A stretch of DNA of 63,646 nucleotides, the filler included, from Craspedostauros australis (Eukaryota), in the NCBI GenBank assembly GCA_030167865.1. It is 9 parts of 9 records of this genome, joined end to end, with 100 filler letters (N's around TTAATTAATTAA, not from the genome) between each part and the next. Parts side by side here need not be neighbours in the genome. Positions count along the whole stretch, not along the records: positions 20,746 to 46,934 come from JALAGF010002813.1; 8 more parts are not named here. One strand, 5' to 3'. The translations under genes were made by a program, and so were the position numbers. Under the pieces are notes generated by a model. It searched no databases. It was given only the letters and a program-made list of their open reading frames with translations, and was not told the origin of the DNA. Below, one piece after another: positions 24,381 to 36,028 of this stretch (position 1 is its first letter; every line of letters begins with the position of its first letter).

Positions 24381-25422
24381 TGCGTTTAATTCTATGCGCT
24401 TGATTCTATGCGTTGCGGTTGCTTTCGATGTCGCGTGGTCGCACTTTTGGCTTGTCTCCGATAATGATCCGGGAAGAGCAGAGAGGTATTATCTGTCGCA
24501 GCGATGATCTGAAAGATGAATGAGCGCCTTGCCGTTGCCGTCGATGCTCGTCGTCGGATAGTCCTTCGTCTTCAGTTCCGTTCTCGCTCTCCTGGTTGCT
24601 CCAGGGGAATGCAATGTGATGGATCAACGCATGGGTGAATGTGATGATCCTCCTCGTCGTTGCTGTCGAGGACAGGGCAGTGTTGTGGGGTATTGGAGAT
24701 GAGTTCACGATGTTCTGCTTGCTCCTCTTGTTGTTGGCATGTGGATGTGCCTTGCATCGCGTTGCATTGTTCGCAACAACCGCCAACAAGTGACTTCGAA
24801 TCGGTGAACATTGCAAACAACAACATTCACACACTCCCATCGCTCCTTCGTTGACCTTTCTTTGGCGTGTGGCAATGTCATGTTGTTGCGTGTTCTCCAA
24901 TGCATCGATTGGGCGACGTTGTTCAGTGCGTCACGGGCTCCAAACATAACATTGGACACAATAGCCTGGAGCCTGTCTGCGTCGTGTCAGATGCATGTTT
25001 GTGTTTATCGTGAAAGGCCGCAGTAACCCGCTTTGTTATGCGCGCGGAACGTTGTGTGTGATGTTATGGTGCGGGAGCTGGACAAGTACCCGCAAATTAC
25101 ACTCGAGCTATTTTTCTCCTCACTTTTTCTCGCAACACAGATTGCCTGTTGCGGAATCTTCATCTCCTTCACGAGGAGGAAGAGAGAAGCAGACGGCGAA
25201 GAAATTGCAGCAACACCAACAATGGCAACAGCAGCAGTAGCAACAGTGTGAAATCTATGGGAGGCTGTCCTGCCATGAAGCAATCTAATACGGACTTGAA
25301 TTCAATTCACTTCATTTCATTTCATTTGTTCTTATTTCGCAATACCAAAATCAGTTCCAATTGGGAACACTTGGCGTGCACGTGAGTCCTCCGCTCCACG
25401 AGCACTTATCCCATCCAATCGT

Positions 25423-25935
25423 CTATTTGGTATCCTCCGGAGTGAAGGACCGCGTGATGCTCTGATACGGGAACATGTCACCGACCGCGGTTGCCGGGTC
25501 GTACAGGACCGACCGCTCCTGCGCCGAATAGAACCGCGCCATCGGCGCCTGCGGGAACGGCACCAACCGCGCACGTTCATTGTCGAGGATGTACTCCGCC
25601 TCCTTGTTGACCCTCGCGAGCTTGTTGCCGTACGCCATGTCGGCCATGTTGCTCAGCATGATGCCGCCGATCACGATCGGCACTGCGACGACGTGGTTCA
25701 CTGGTTTCTTGAGAACGACCGCCGTGCTGACTCCCGACACCAACGTCAACCAGACGGAGCCAAAGATGTAGAGGCTGTCGCGGGCCTTGGCGATGTTGAC
25801 GGCCATCTGCACCTCGCGTTGCAGCATCATGCGTCGCGTGATTTCGTCGTCGATCTTTTGTTGCATCGTTTCTGCGAACGTCGGTTTCTTCGCTTGTTCT
25901 TGTGCCGCAGCGCTCTTGCTAGATTTGGAACCCAT
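25423..25935 (-). CDS. PLGRKT: Plasminogen receptor (KT)-like / DUF2368 small membrane protein (170 aa)
   Basis: MG start; MMLQREVQMAVNIAKARD, two TM segments, DMAYGNKLARVNKEAEYIL. Confidence 0.75.
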   Translation of the reverse strand: MGSKSSKSAAAQEQAKKPTFAETMQQKIDDEITRRMMLQREVQMAVNIAKARDSLYIFGSVWLTLVSGVSTAVVLKKPVNHVVAVPIVIGGIMLSNMADMAYGNKLARVNKEAEYILDNERARLVPFPQAPMARFYSAQERSVLYDPATAVGDMFPYQSITRSFTPEDTK

Positions 25936-26744
25936 TGTGCTTGTGTGATCGTGTGTGTGCTTGCGTCGTGGGATGTTGGATGCGGGGTGGTATGTTATGA
26001 CCTGAAAGGAAAATGGACAATGGAGGGGTTTGGTTTGCTGTGTCTGATTTAAATGAGAAGAGAGAAAGAGAGAGGGAGACTGAGTGATGGAGTGGTGCAG
26101 AATCTTGTTGATGGCGGTGTTGCCGTTGTTGCTGTTGTCGTTGTTGCGCCTGATGATTCCGAGAACATCTGTCCTGTTCCGACGATGTTGTTCGCGAAGC
26201 GGTTTTCCCTTCAACAGGGTTAGTGATACTCAATATATATTTATCCGTAACCTCCATGTTGCAAACGTGGATGATTCTGCGAAAACAAAAACAATGTTAT
26301 GACGTCATGTGTTCCCATGCCGATGACTTGAGCTCGCAATCACAAGTCAACGGATGTGACGTGGTTTCTCCGATTGGTCATGAAACAGCGCATGAACACC
26401 CAGGAATTGCCTTGTGTGTTGTGGCCAAGTGATTCACACAAGCCCAGTACCACGACTCCTCGCGCCGAAAATGTCAACGACGCCGCCCAACAACAACACG
26501 GAAAGAAGACTTTGAGTGGAACAGTTGGAGATCGGCATTGGCGTTCACTGGTTACGACGCGTGGACAGGGATCTGTTGAAAGAGATGGACCGATCCATGC
26601 TCACGCATGGATGGTACAACCACGAGCAAAAAGAGTCCAAACGAAGCAGCTCTCTCCGCATGCACAACAAGGGCAAACAAACAAGACACGGCGCATCACA
26701 CAACCATCACGCCACACAAACAACAACGCAAACGACCTCGGAGA

Positions 26745-26835
26745 GACATCACCATCCCCTCACAAAATAAAACACGAAAAACTCACAAGGACATCACCAT
26801 CCCCTCACAAATAAAAACGCACTAAAACTCACAAG
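26745..26835 (+). repeat. Tandem duplication of a ~45-bp unit
   Basis: gacatcaccatcccctcacaaa...aaaactcacaag occurs twice head-to-tail. Confidence 0.9.
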
Positions 26836-26917
26836 CAGCCCCAGCCGCACAAGCAACACTACTCGTGCAATTACAATCACAATCACAACCTCAAATACAA
26901 ATACAAATACAGCCACC

Positions 26918-27334
26918 ATGTCACCATCGGATTGGAACATTCAGCGATGCACCGAGATGCCAGACACTGTCATGATCGGTCACAGACTGAGATCCTCAAC
27001 GCATGGCGCTGAGCTCGCCACAGAGCAACGCCATTTCGGCGGAAACTACCTCAGAACAAGACGCTCGCCGATGACGATGCAGGCACCAACGGTCGACTCA
27101 TGGCAACATCAACAGGAAGCACTGCCAACACCAGCCTCGACATCAGCTGCCACAGCAGCGCCTCCGTCGCAGCATCAAAGCAGCGAAGCGATGGAACGAT
27201 CGCATTGCAAGCCAGCATCCAAACCATCGACGCTGTCCTCCGTCGCTACCTTCGCGCTCGGTGCCATGGCGGTGGGAGTCGCCATCACGGCCGAATGCGC
27301 ACTGCTGCAGGCCGTGATGCAAGATCTTGACTGA
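26918..27334 (+). CDS. Hypothetical small protein with C-terminal hydrophobic helix
   Basis: ATG in gccaccATG context after a CA-rich 5'UTR-like tract; C-terminal VATFALGAMAVGVAITA. No family recognised. Confidence 0.45.
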   Translation: MSPSDWNIQRCTEMPDTVMIGHRLRSSTHGAELATEQRHFGGNYLRTRRSPMTMQAPTVDSWQHQQEALPTPASTSAATAAPPSQHQSSEAMERSHCKPASKPSTLSSVATFALGAMAVGVAITAECALLQAVMQDLD

Positions 27335-28288
27335 GTCTCAGACATGCATCAATGCTTGCTTGTCGCGCTGAAGATGGTCTCACGATTGCCTTCCACAGGA
27401 CCCGTTCTCATCCTTGCGCGAATGATGCGCTGCAGAAACGGGACCTCAACAGGAGCAGAGACGCTCGCAGGTACAATGCATTCAAGCGCCATTTGTCGAT
27501 GCAAAGCACTTTGTGAGCTTTCGCGCGATGCTCGACCACGCGTACAGAGAGCACGACCGCAAGGAATATCCACCATACCAATACAACCACAAATACAATA
27601 CAATACAATAGAATAAGAATAGTAGAACAACAAGGGAGAACCACAACACGAATGATAGAGAGTGGTTGAAGAACTGAGCATGCCAAGCGGAGAAGCATGC
27701 TGTATACCATACCGTGCTTCGACACAACACCAACGACGGAATCGAGCTTAGGGCGCACATGAGTCCATGGCCATCTTACATGACATGTGATCCTGTGCTG
27801 TCAGAAATGGATGATGAGAAAGAAGAATTCCATCCATCTGTCATCGAATCCGCCATGTTCGTGTGTCTGAAGGACGGAGCGGCGATTGCCCGACCGAACT
27901 CTCGGACGTTTTGAAATGCGGAAAGACAAGATTTGAATTTTTTATTCGGTCATGTCAAGACACAAGACAACGACAAGCCACAAAGAGGCGCACAACAGTA
28001 CAACAGACCCACAAGAGTATCACAGAGAAGCAAGATCAACAACAGCGCTTCTGCATGTCGTGCCTGGCACCATAGTCGTCCAACTACCACAACCCGCACA
28101 CCAGCCAACAGGAAGCAACTGTGAATCTAGGTATCGCACAAGCACAGGCCGTACACATCGACAACAGGAGACTGTCCACGAGTAGCCGTACCAATACCGC
28201 AATATTGATACCCTGTCACACTGCAAGCACTGCACGCACCAAGAACGACCGACGCTAGAGCTCTCAAGAGATATTATACTCGACAACG

Positions 28289-31200
28289 ATGGAAGCGATC
28301 GAGGAAGAGACCACGGAGGAACTGAACATCTCGAAGGTCATGCTGTCGCAAGGCTCGTCTGCCTTCGGAGACAGCGACGGTGCGGATCTCCATGCCGCCG
28401 ACGACCAAGCCTTTGTGGATGCTGACGGCCCGGAACGCGGCGAAATACCAATGACCGAGGTCATGCATGCTGCTCAGCCTTTTGGGTCATCGGACATCAA
28501 CTCTGGCGACGATGGCGTCGTTCCGTTTGGCATGGTGGGTTCATCTCCGGATCAAACAATTCAGCAGCAGCAGCAGCCGCACTTTGATGTCAAACAGGGG
28601 TCCAAAGTGGACGATGCCGAGGAACTGAAGAAGATCGGACTGGAGAGTGGTGATGATGGGGATGATCGCAACGACGATGATGTTCTGGATGAACGATTGA
28701 CGAAGATCCGCGACGCCATCGACAAGGCCACGCAAGAGGCAATGCCCGCGGGAATGGCAAGCATCTACAAAGAGCGCAGCATCCACGACGATACCAATCT
28801 CAGCTTTCGCCTTGGCATGGATCTGTTCGGTCAGGAACCGTCTGTCGTGGAACGCAACATCCGAGAGTCATTGGCCAAGGTCGAGCGCAATTTGGAGCGT
28901 GTGCTGGATGAAGATGAGCATGCACAGGCGCACTCCCGCAGCCACGACAGGGAGAACATCTCCCCCTTGCAGACCTCGTCGTCTTTCAGTGCCTCCATGG
29001 GCGTGGACTCGTATGATGACCCTGCCGTGGATGGGTTTCCGGCTGCGACCACTGGTGCGCCTGCCGATGCTGCTATTTCAACAGACCAGCTTCGCGAGAA
29101 AGCGCAGCATCTATCACAACGCATCGCATTCCTCAGAGCGTGCAGTTTGGCCAGATCCAAGCTGGATGACTCCAAGACCCTCAGCACACCAGCGTTGGCG
29201 CGCAACGCGTCTCATCTCACGGTCGACGGTGAGGTCAATCTGCCAGAGGCAGCCATCAGCTGGCTCAAAGCCTACGAGCATCTGTGCGACGCCAATCAAA
29301 AGATGGATGACATGGTCGAGGAGCAGCGGCACATCTTCCGTTCCATCCAGAGCGATATTCGTTCGCAGAGAGTTGAGTTAGTGCATGCTGCCAGGAACAA
29401 CCTGCAGTCCTGCATCACGCTGGAGGCAAATGAGATGTCTGTCAAATCATCACGCGCCTTGGAGGATTCGTATCATGTGCTAGAGACGTTGCAAGGTCAC
29501 GGTGGAGAGAACTCGCTCAGCGAATTCATCCGCCGCCTCACCCAGCGGCTCATCAAGCAAGTGGTGCACCCGCTCATCGCGCAGCACAAGCAATCCAAAA
29601 CGCCGTTGTCAGCGGTGTCGTACCAGATTGTGGAATCGTCAGACCGAGCCTCGAAGAGCCTCCTGGGTGGCACGGCAGCAAATATCCTCGCGAAATCAAA
29701 ATCTGCGACAATGCACCGCATGGAATGGTCGCGCGATCTATCTTCGGCTCGTCGAGCTCCATCGAGTGAAACTTTCCCCGCAATCACAGCGTGGCAGCCG
29801 ACCCTGGAGCTCATGGGCCGCATCATCGCATTCGTGCACAAGCACGTCTTGATGGAAAGGCCCATGCTCTATGACACTGTCGAGCGCCGTTGCTTCGGCA
29901 AGCCAGATGCGCTGCCGTCACCGCTAAGGTTGGAAGTGCTCGCCATTGACAGCAAATCGTTCGGCTATGACAATGGCCTATGGATGGACCCGCTGGCGAG
30001 GGCCATCACGGAAACCACGTTGCCTGACTTCGTCCCATCGTCCGATCTGGATCAGCTGGACACGATGGGCAAGCTGCTGAAGTCATTCTGCCGACCCTTC
30101 GTTGACACGTTGAAACAGCTCAGTGCATCCTCACAATCTGAATCGAACATCACGCATCAAGCAAACCGCCTTCTGAGTATCTGCGAACAGTACACATCGC
30201 ACTACATCGATCATCGGCGAGAGATTCTGCTCTTTGAGGCCAGGGAGCTCATTGAAAAGTCTGACTATCACAACACGCAGGTGGCCGGTTATGACCCGTC
30301 GACACATTCACAAACGCAACCACCCAAGGGCATCAAGGGCACGCCGTTCGAGGTGAAGATCGGCAACGCCATGTCCGTCTTCCTTCTGCACAAGGCAAGC
30401 GTTTCTCAAATCGCGCAGCTGCTTTTAGACAGGATCCATGCCACGATGGAAGAAGCGGTGTCTGCGGCGAAGGCTCTGAATGCCAAGCGAAAGGCAGATC
30501 ATATCAACACGCAACAAGCAGAATCGGAATTCCCTGCGACAACTACGTTGACGCAAGTTCCGTGGGACGAACTGCCAGCTGTGCTGTACAAAACAGCGAG
30601 GCAGTACCTCTTCCTGTACAGATCCATCATTCCCTCCAAGTACGACAAGGAGGTGTCGAAGATACCGCGCACTGCTGCCATCCTTCATAACGACTGCATC
30701 TTTTTCAGCCACCACTGCCTCACTCTTGGGCTGCAGTACAAGGACGACCTCGGTCCGCCCAAGGAGGATATTCAGGCCGGCATCGACAACTCGTCGAAGC
30801 TCGTACCGCAGTTGTGCATGTTCGTCGACATGGTCCCGCTGTTCCGTGAATTGGCGGACAGGAGCCTGGGACAGATGATCGACATCCAGAAGCAGCAGAT
30901 CGTGGATTTGGTCGTTCCGCGCATCGGTTACCTGTCGCAATCCCTGTCGAGCTCGGAGCCGGTGCAGGAATGGTCCGACGCAGAAACTGCCGTCGACGCA
31001 GCGCTCTACCATCTCCAGCATCTACAGCAGACCTGGAATCCGCCGTTGCTGAGCCTTTCCATCTTTGGCAGATCCATGGGTTTCCTCGCCGATGTTCTGA
31101 TGACCATCTTTTCCCATCACGTTGTTGGGACCAACCGTCCTGGCGGCGCCGCGGAGGCCATGCCCATGTCCATCACGCCAAGGGCATGCCACTTCCTCAC

Positions 31201-31471
31201 GGGACTCTTCGACAAGATCCGACACGGGCTGATTCAGACATTCGAGCGTGCGGGCGCGTCCGAGCAAACGCTTTCCACATCAAGCAACGAATGGAGCCGA
31301 TTCACGGCGTGGACCAAGGTTTGGGCATCCTCGTTGTCCGACATCGAGGTTGCGCTGTCGCAGGGGATCTTCCGAGATGTGCTCGGTCCGGAGCTCGCTG
31401 GCCTGATCCGGGCCATGTTCGTTGATAGTCCAAGACGGCAGACCTTGTTGAAGGCGATCTTGGAGAACTGA
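28289..31471 (+). CDS. ZW10: Centromere/kinetochore and ER-tethering protein ZW10 homologue
   Basis: 1060-aa ORF; AAILHNDCIFFSHHCLTLG and C-terminal SLSDIE..ELAGLIRAMFVDSPRRQTLL match remembered ZW10 C-terminal motifs. Confidence 0.85.
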   Translation: MEAIEEETTEELNISKVMLSQGSSAFGDSDGADLHAADDQAFVDADGPERGEIPMTEVMHAAQPFGSSDINSGDDGVVPFGMVGSSPDQTIQQQQQPHFDVKQGSKVDDAEELKKIGLESGDDGDDRNDDDVLDERLTKIRDAIDKATQEAMPAGMASIYKERSIHDDTNLSFRLGMDLFGQEPSVVERNIRESLAKVERNLERVLDEDEHAQAHSRSHDRENISPLQTSSSFSASMGVDSYDDPAVDGFPAATTGAPADAAISTDQLREKAQHLSQRIAFLRACSLARSKLDDSKTLSTPALARNASHLTVDGEVNLPEAAISWLKAYEHLCDANQKMDDMVEEQRHIFRSIQSDIRSQRVELVHAARNNLQSCITLEANEMSVKSSRALEDSYHVLETLQGHGGENSLSEFIRRLTQRLIKQVVHPLIAQHKQSKTPLSAVSYQIVESSDRASKSLLGGTAANILAKSKSATMHRMEWSRDLSSARRAPSSETFPAITAWQPTLELMGRIIAFVHKHVLMERPMLYDTVERRCFGKPDALPSPLRLEVLAIDSKSFGYDNGLWMDPLARAITETTLPDFVPSSDLDQLDTMGKLLKSFCRPFVDTLKQLSASSQSESNITHQANRLLSICEQYTSHYIDHRREILLFEARELIEKSDYHNTQVAGYDPSTHSQTQPPKGIKGTPFEVKIGNAMSVFLLHKASVSQIAQLLLDRIHATMEEAVSAAKALNAKRKADHINTQQAESEFPATTTLTQVPWDELPAVLYKTARQYLFLYRSIIPSKYDKEVSKIPRTAAILHNDCIFFSHHCLTLGLQYKDDLGPPKEDIQAGIDNSSKLVPQLCMFVDMVPLFRELADRSLGQMIDIQKQQIVDLVVPRIGYLSQSLSSSEPVQEWSDAETAVDAALYHLQHLQQTWNPPLLSLSIFGRSMGFLADVLMTIFSHHVVGTNRPGGAAEAMPMSITPRACHFLTGLFDKIRHGLIQTFERAGASEQTLSTSSNEWSRFTAWTKVWASSLSDIEVALSQGIFRDVLGPELAGLIRAMFVDSPRRQTLLKAILEN

Positions 31472-32300
31472 TGGACACACTTACTACAGAATGTAAAGCA
31501 GTCACAAGAGCGCCCATCGACTCGTCAAAAGTGCGGATTGTGTTCCCGTAGCTCGTCTGTGATCGGTGATGAGTCATGCCATCCATCCATCAATGATGAC
31601 AGTGATGTGACTTTCTCATGAGAGTGGTCGCGGAGGTGATGACGACAGTGACTCCGTGGAGAAGGTGCGCCTCGCGCGTAAGTCGCATGAAGCGGGAGTT
31701 GGCGGTTCATTCCCGTCGTTGACGTTGGCAGTTGGCGCTTCTCCATTTTGGTCGCCGTCATCGGTTTCTCCGAGGCGTCGTGGCGACGTTGATTTAACGT
31801 GCAAACGTTTCCGTGACGTGATCCACACCGACATGCTCGAAACTATCCACTTTTGTTCCTACTTTTAACGCCGCGATGACCCAGCTTGGCTTTGGCGCGA
31901 GAGCCAATTTGAATTTCAAAATGACACCTTCTGGCCAAAAATTGCGAGAGCGCCAGACACGAGCAATGCCGTGATGCGTTCAGCGCAGGGCGTGATGTGG
32001 TGCGATGCATTGCATTGGTTGGCAAAATAGCGGGGGCAGGCATTCTTCGCCATACTCGCGCAGAGTATCGCAGTCGACTCCATCCACTCGTTCATCACAA
32101 GAGAGGAGCAGTTGCAGAAGGCAAACCACGAGCAACTGCGAGAAGACAAGATCGCACTGTTCCGGATTGCCTCATTTATCGCACAAAAGTCCATCATCAT
32201 CATTCTCGACATAATTGCCAAGATCATCAAGTGCCCACCCACCTCCTACCTACGAGAGTACAACGGCCGGCAATAGCCGTGAACAAACGCAATCATCACT

Positions 32301-33968
32301 ATGAATGCCGCGCGCAAGAAGAGCCCGTTGATGCTGCGCATCCGCGGCAAGGACTTTCGCAAGAAATCCAGCAAGGCAGCGCCATCGAAGACCCGTGTTG
32401 CCGCCAACAAGGACAAGGAGAATGCCACCGTCGAGAAGAACCAGTACCAAGTCGAAAGCATCCTGCGCGAGTCTTCCTTCGGACGTGACGACCACAAGAA
32501 GACCAAAAAGTCGAGTGCTGCGAAGACCAGATTCGGCGATCTGCCAGAACGCAGCGATCACATGGTCCGCAGACGCTTCATGGCCGATCGGTCTCTTTGC
32601 GATTCGGAATCGACGTCGGAGTCCGGGTCCGGGTCCGAGGATTCGCTGGAGGTCGAAGTAGTGGAAAGCGACGAGCAACCGCGTGAGGATCGCAACCGGT
32701 CATCGGCCGACTTCGATGATACTGATGGCACCATCTCCAGAGATGAGTACGTGCCAGTCACCTCGATCACGACTCCGCAGAAGGGTTACCGGCATCTGCA
32801 GCCCTGGCTCAACGGAGGGTGCCAGCAGGTGATCAAGCTGTATCCCGATGAGTACAATGAGGACCTGTTCCGAGACGTCATCGAGAAGTTGGAGGAAACG
32901 TCCTCCTTCAAACGGATGGAGATCTATCGCAACGAGCAGTACGGGACGGTCATCAAGAAGCGACCAGAATCGGACATGCGCAGCTTCTTCGCGACTGTCG
33001 CCAACGTCCATGTCAGCACCTTGGTCCTGTGGCATTTCACCGAGGCGGACATGAGGCTCCTGCGGTTGGGAAGCCGTGACCGTGGCTCCCCCAACCTCAT
33101 CTTCGGCGTCAAGCGCATCTTCATCAACTTCTTCGAGGGCACGCTCAGCGATCCCGTCGTGCTTGACGGTATCAGCTGCCTCAACAGTCTGGAGAAGCTC
33201 GAAGTGCAGGCCAAGGAAAGCTTCGACGTCGGCCGCATCATGAAGGCTCCCAACCTGCGATGGGTCAAGGTCGTGGCTCCCAACACCGCCTTCACGGAAC
33301 AGCACATCTCATCGCTGTGCACAGAGATCCAATCGAGGAAGAGCCAGCTCCAATTCCTTGATCTGGGTCCACGCATAGCATCATCATCCATGCAGACTCT
33401 CCTCACCGCGCTCGCCAATGGAAAGAGCCGCATCCACACCCTGCGCTTCAGCTATCATTGCGAAGGCGAGAAGCAAACGGATGCCGTCATGCTCACCATC
33501 GCGTACATGATCCGCATGTGCCCATCGCTCAGCAAGATCGTCAACCGCGAGTACTCCTCCGTGCGCGTGTCGAGGTCGGTGAAGAACCGCCTCATCGAGG
33601 TTGTCGAGGACTGCAAGAACATCGAACACTGCCAGTTGTTCCAGACGGACACTTCGTCTACGTCGGAGGTCGACCAGGAGCCGCAAAGCACCAACAGCAA
33701 CAGCAGCGAGGACGTTAAGAAAGACAAGAGTGCTGCTGCTGTACCTGAGCAGCAGCAACAACAACGCCCTGAATTGACGAAATCAGAGCCTCCGCAGCAA
33801 CCACCAAAGTCAGAGAAGAAAGAGTTGCAAGCGCCACCACCAGCAGAAGAACAAAAGCAGCAGCCGCAGTCGGACTACGCTTCCTCGCTCGCATCAAAGA
33901 GTATCTTCAGCTCCATCAGCGAGTTTGATTGCGGTTACGATTACCTGTCATCGTTGGTGATGGATTGA
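32301..33968 (+). CDS. Hypothetical protein with probable RNI-like LRR core and disordered termini
   Basis: 555-aa ORF with strong codon bias; LEKLEV, LRWVKV, LQFLDL, IHTLRF repeats. Confidence 0.75.
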   Translation: MNAARKKSPLMLRIRGKDFRKKSSKAAPSKTRVAANKDKENATVEKNQYQVESILRESSFGRDDHKKTKKSSAAKTRFGDLPERSDHMVRRRFMADRSLCDSESTSESGSGSEDSLEVEVVESDEQPREDRNRSSADFDDTDGTISRDEYVPVTSITTPQKGYRHLQPWLNGGCQQVIKLYPDEYNEDLFRDVIEKLEETSSFKRMEIYRNEQYGTVIKKRPESDMRSFFATVANVHVSTLVLWHFTEADMRLLRLGSRDRGSPNLIFGVKRIFINFFEGTLSDPVVLDGISCLNSLEKLEVQAKESFDVGRIMKAPNLRWVKVVAPNTAFTEQHISSLCTEIQSRKSQLQFLDLGPRIASSSMQTLLTALANGKSRIHTLRFSYHCEGEKQTDAVMLTIAYMIRMCPSLSKIVNREYSSVRVSRSVKNRLIEVVEDCKNIEHCQLFQTDTSSTSEVDQEPQSTNSNSSEDVKKDKSAAAVPEQQQQQRPELTKSEPPQQPPKSEKKELQAPPPAEEQKQQPQSDYASSLASKSIFSSISEFDCGYDYLSSLVMD

Positions 33969-34387
33969 TCGTTATCTTCAGACACTACATTCATAAATGA
34001 CGACGATGCTGTACGACTTAGGCTTGTGAAGCGCCCAAGCAGCAGCGGCATCTGGAACATTCTATTCCTTATTCTTCATAACAACATGCAAAACAATACA
34101 AACACGATTATACTTGAGTCGAAATACTTTTCTGTGTTCATGGTTGTGATGGCGCCTGTAGTTGTAATTCTCAACAGACAGACACGATCTTCGGATGACT
34201 CCGCCATAGATACGGCTTCTGTGCAACTAATGTATGACGAGCCACGATACCTTTCACAATGGGAAGGAATGCCTGAGTACTTCACCCTCGAAGGCACCCG
34301 ATCATGGTTGGAATACGATGTGTATGAAATGAAACAATGGAGAGCCGAGCATGTGCTCCGCCATCTCTGCTGCACGGACATACAAAA

Positions 34388-36028
34388 TCAAGCCCCGAAC
34401 ATCTTACTTTCCAAGTGCTTGGCGAAATCCGGAATGGGCGCGCGCTTCACACGCAGCTGGCTGCCGATGTACCTAAGAAAGAGGAAGTACTCTAGACGTC
34501 CAGGATCCACGACCTCGAAATCGTACTTGAGGATGAGCAGTGCGAGTGTCGTGTTCAGCTCGGCCATCGCCAAGGATTGCCCGGCACAGTTGCGGACGCC
34601 TGCGGAGAATGTGAGCAAGGATTGCGTCATCTCCTTCGTCGCATGATTCCAGCGTTCGGGACGGAACCCATGCGGGTTTTCGAACACGGACGGATCAGCC
34701 TGGGACATGGACTGAGGAAGCAGGACCTTCGCACCCTTGGGGATGACGAACTTGGTGTCGTCTATGCTGGTATGTCCGTCATCGTCGCCGCTCTCGTCCT
34801 TGTCCACCCAGGTCGCCGCCTCTTTTGTGGAGAATGTGAACTCTCGTCCTGTCTCACGGATGGACCCCACGGAGTTGACAGGGAGGAAGCGGCGCGACTC
34901 CGTGATCACTTGATGCAAATATCCCGATGGCTTGATGTTGTGGTATGCGGGCCGTGATTTTCCAGTCGGCGCATCGTCCTGGGCGTCCTCCAGGTTGGCG
35001 ATGTAGACGTACCACAAGGACTCACGCGTCTTCTTGATCTCCTCCGGATGCATGGCCAAATGCATGAGGGCGCATGCCAGGGTGTATCCCGTCGTGTCCT
35101 TGCCAGCAATCATGTACAATGGGATCTCGGTCGCCTTTTCTTCGGCAGTGAAGTTGTATGGGTTGTTCTCGATGAGTTGAATGAGCGTCTTCGCCTTGGC
35201 CTTGTTGGGGTTGTTCCTGTAGGCTTCCAGCACCTTCCTTCCAAACCCTTGCACTCGGGCGGCGCATTCGAAGGCTTCGCGGACGGTAGGAATGAAGAAT
35301 CCGAAGAGCTTGCGCAGCGGATTTGTGGACTGTCGGAAGGTGAATTCGCGCAGTGCCGTGTCCAGCGATTCGCGGAACTCATCGTGCTCCGCGTCGGTGG
35401 CCTCGTACTCAAAGGCGGCCTCGCAGATGGTCTTGAAGGTGAGCTTGGTCATCTCGATGGAGGGGTCGAAGGTTTTGGTGGGATGATCCGCGAGTTCCTT
35501 CTCCACCACGTTGTCCAACCAATCCAGCGTGTACTTTTGACAGATGGCATTCATCCTGGAGACTTCGGTCGCCGAGAATGCCGGGGCCAACGCTTTGCGC
35601 AGCTCCTTCCACCGGGGATCGCTGGTGGTGCGTGACGACGTCGATGGACGTCCCAGCAGGATCTCGAACGCCTGGTAGAACACGATCGGCTTCTCCGTGG
35701 CCTCATCCAAGAGGATCTCGCGTTGCTGGCTCGCCTTGCCGACCACGTAGACGTGCGGGATGGGCAGGTTGAGGCGGTAGATGGAGCTCTGCACGCTGCG
35801 GGCCGAGTCCTCGAACAGCTTGACGACGTGGGGTCCGGAAAGCTGCTGAATCGTCTGCCACATGGAGAGCGGGGCGCAGTCTGGCTGCACGAGGCCCATG
35901 CCGCGTTGCTTACGGCTTTGGATGGAGGAATATAGCCAGTACGCGCCGATGGCGGCAACGACGAAGGTGGCGAACATTGATGACGACCATTGCGACGGAT
36001 CAGAGACTGCGTTCACAAGAGACGCCAT
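34388..36028 (-). CDS. Cytochrome P450
   Basis: N-terminal anchor, WKELRK, I-helix AGKDTT, ExxR (ESRR), PERW, haem motif FSAGVRNCAG. Confidence 0.96.
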   Translation of the reverse strand: MASLVNAVSDPSQWSSSMFATFVVAAIGAYWLYSSIQSRKQRGMGLVQPDCAPLSMWQTIQQLSGPHVVKLFEDSARSVQSSIYRLNLPIPHVYVVGKASQQREILLDEATEKPIVFYQAFEILLGRPSTSSRTTSDPRWKELRKALAPAFSATEVSRMNAICQKYTLDWLDNVVEKELADHPTKTFDPSIEMTKLTFKTICEAAFEYEATDAEHDEFRESLDTALREFTFRQSTNPLRKLFGFFIPTVREAFECAARVQGFGRKVLEAYRNNPNKAKAKTLIQLIENNPYNFTAEEKATEIPLYMIAGKDTTGYTLACALMHLAMHPEEIKKTRESLWYVYIANLEDAQDDAPTGKSRPAYHNIKPSGYLHQVITESRRFLPVNSVGSIRETGREFTFSTKEAATWVDKDESGDDDGHTSIDDTKFVIPKGAKVLLPQSMSQADPSVFENPHGFRPERWNHATKEMTQSLLTFSAGVRNCAGQSLAMAELNTTLALLILKYDFEVVDPGRLEYFLFLRYIGSQLRVKRAPIPDFAKHLESKMFGA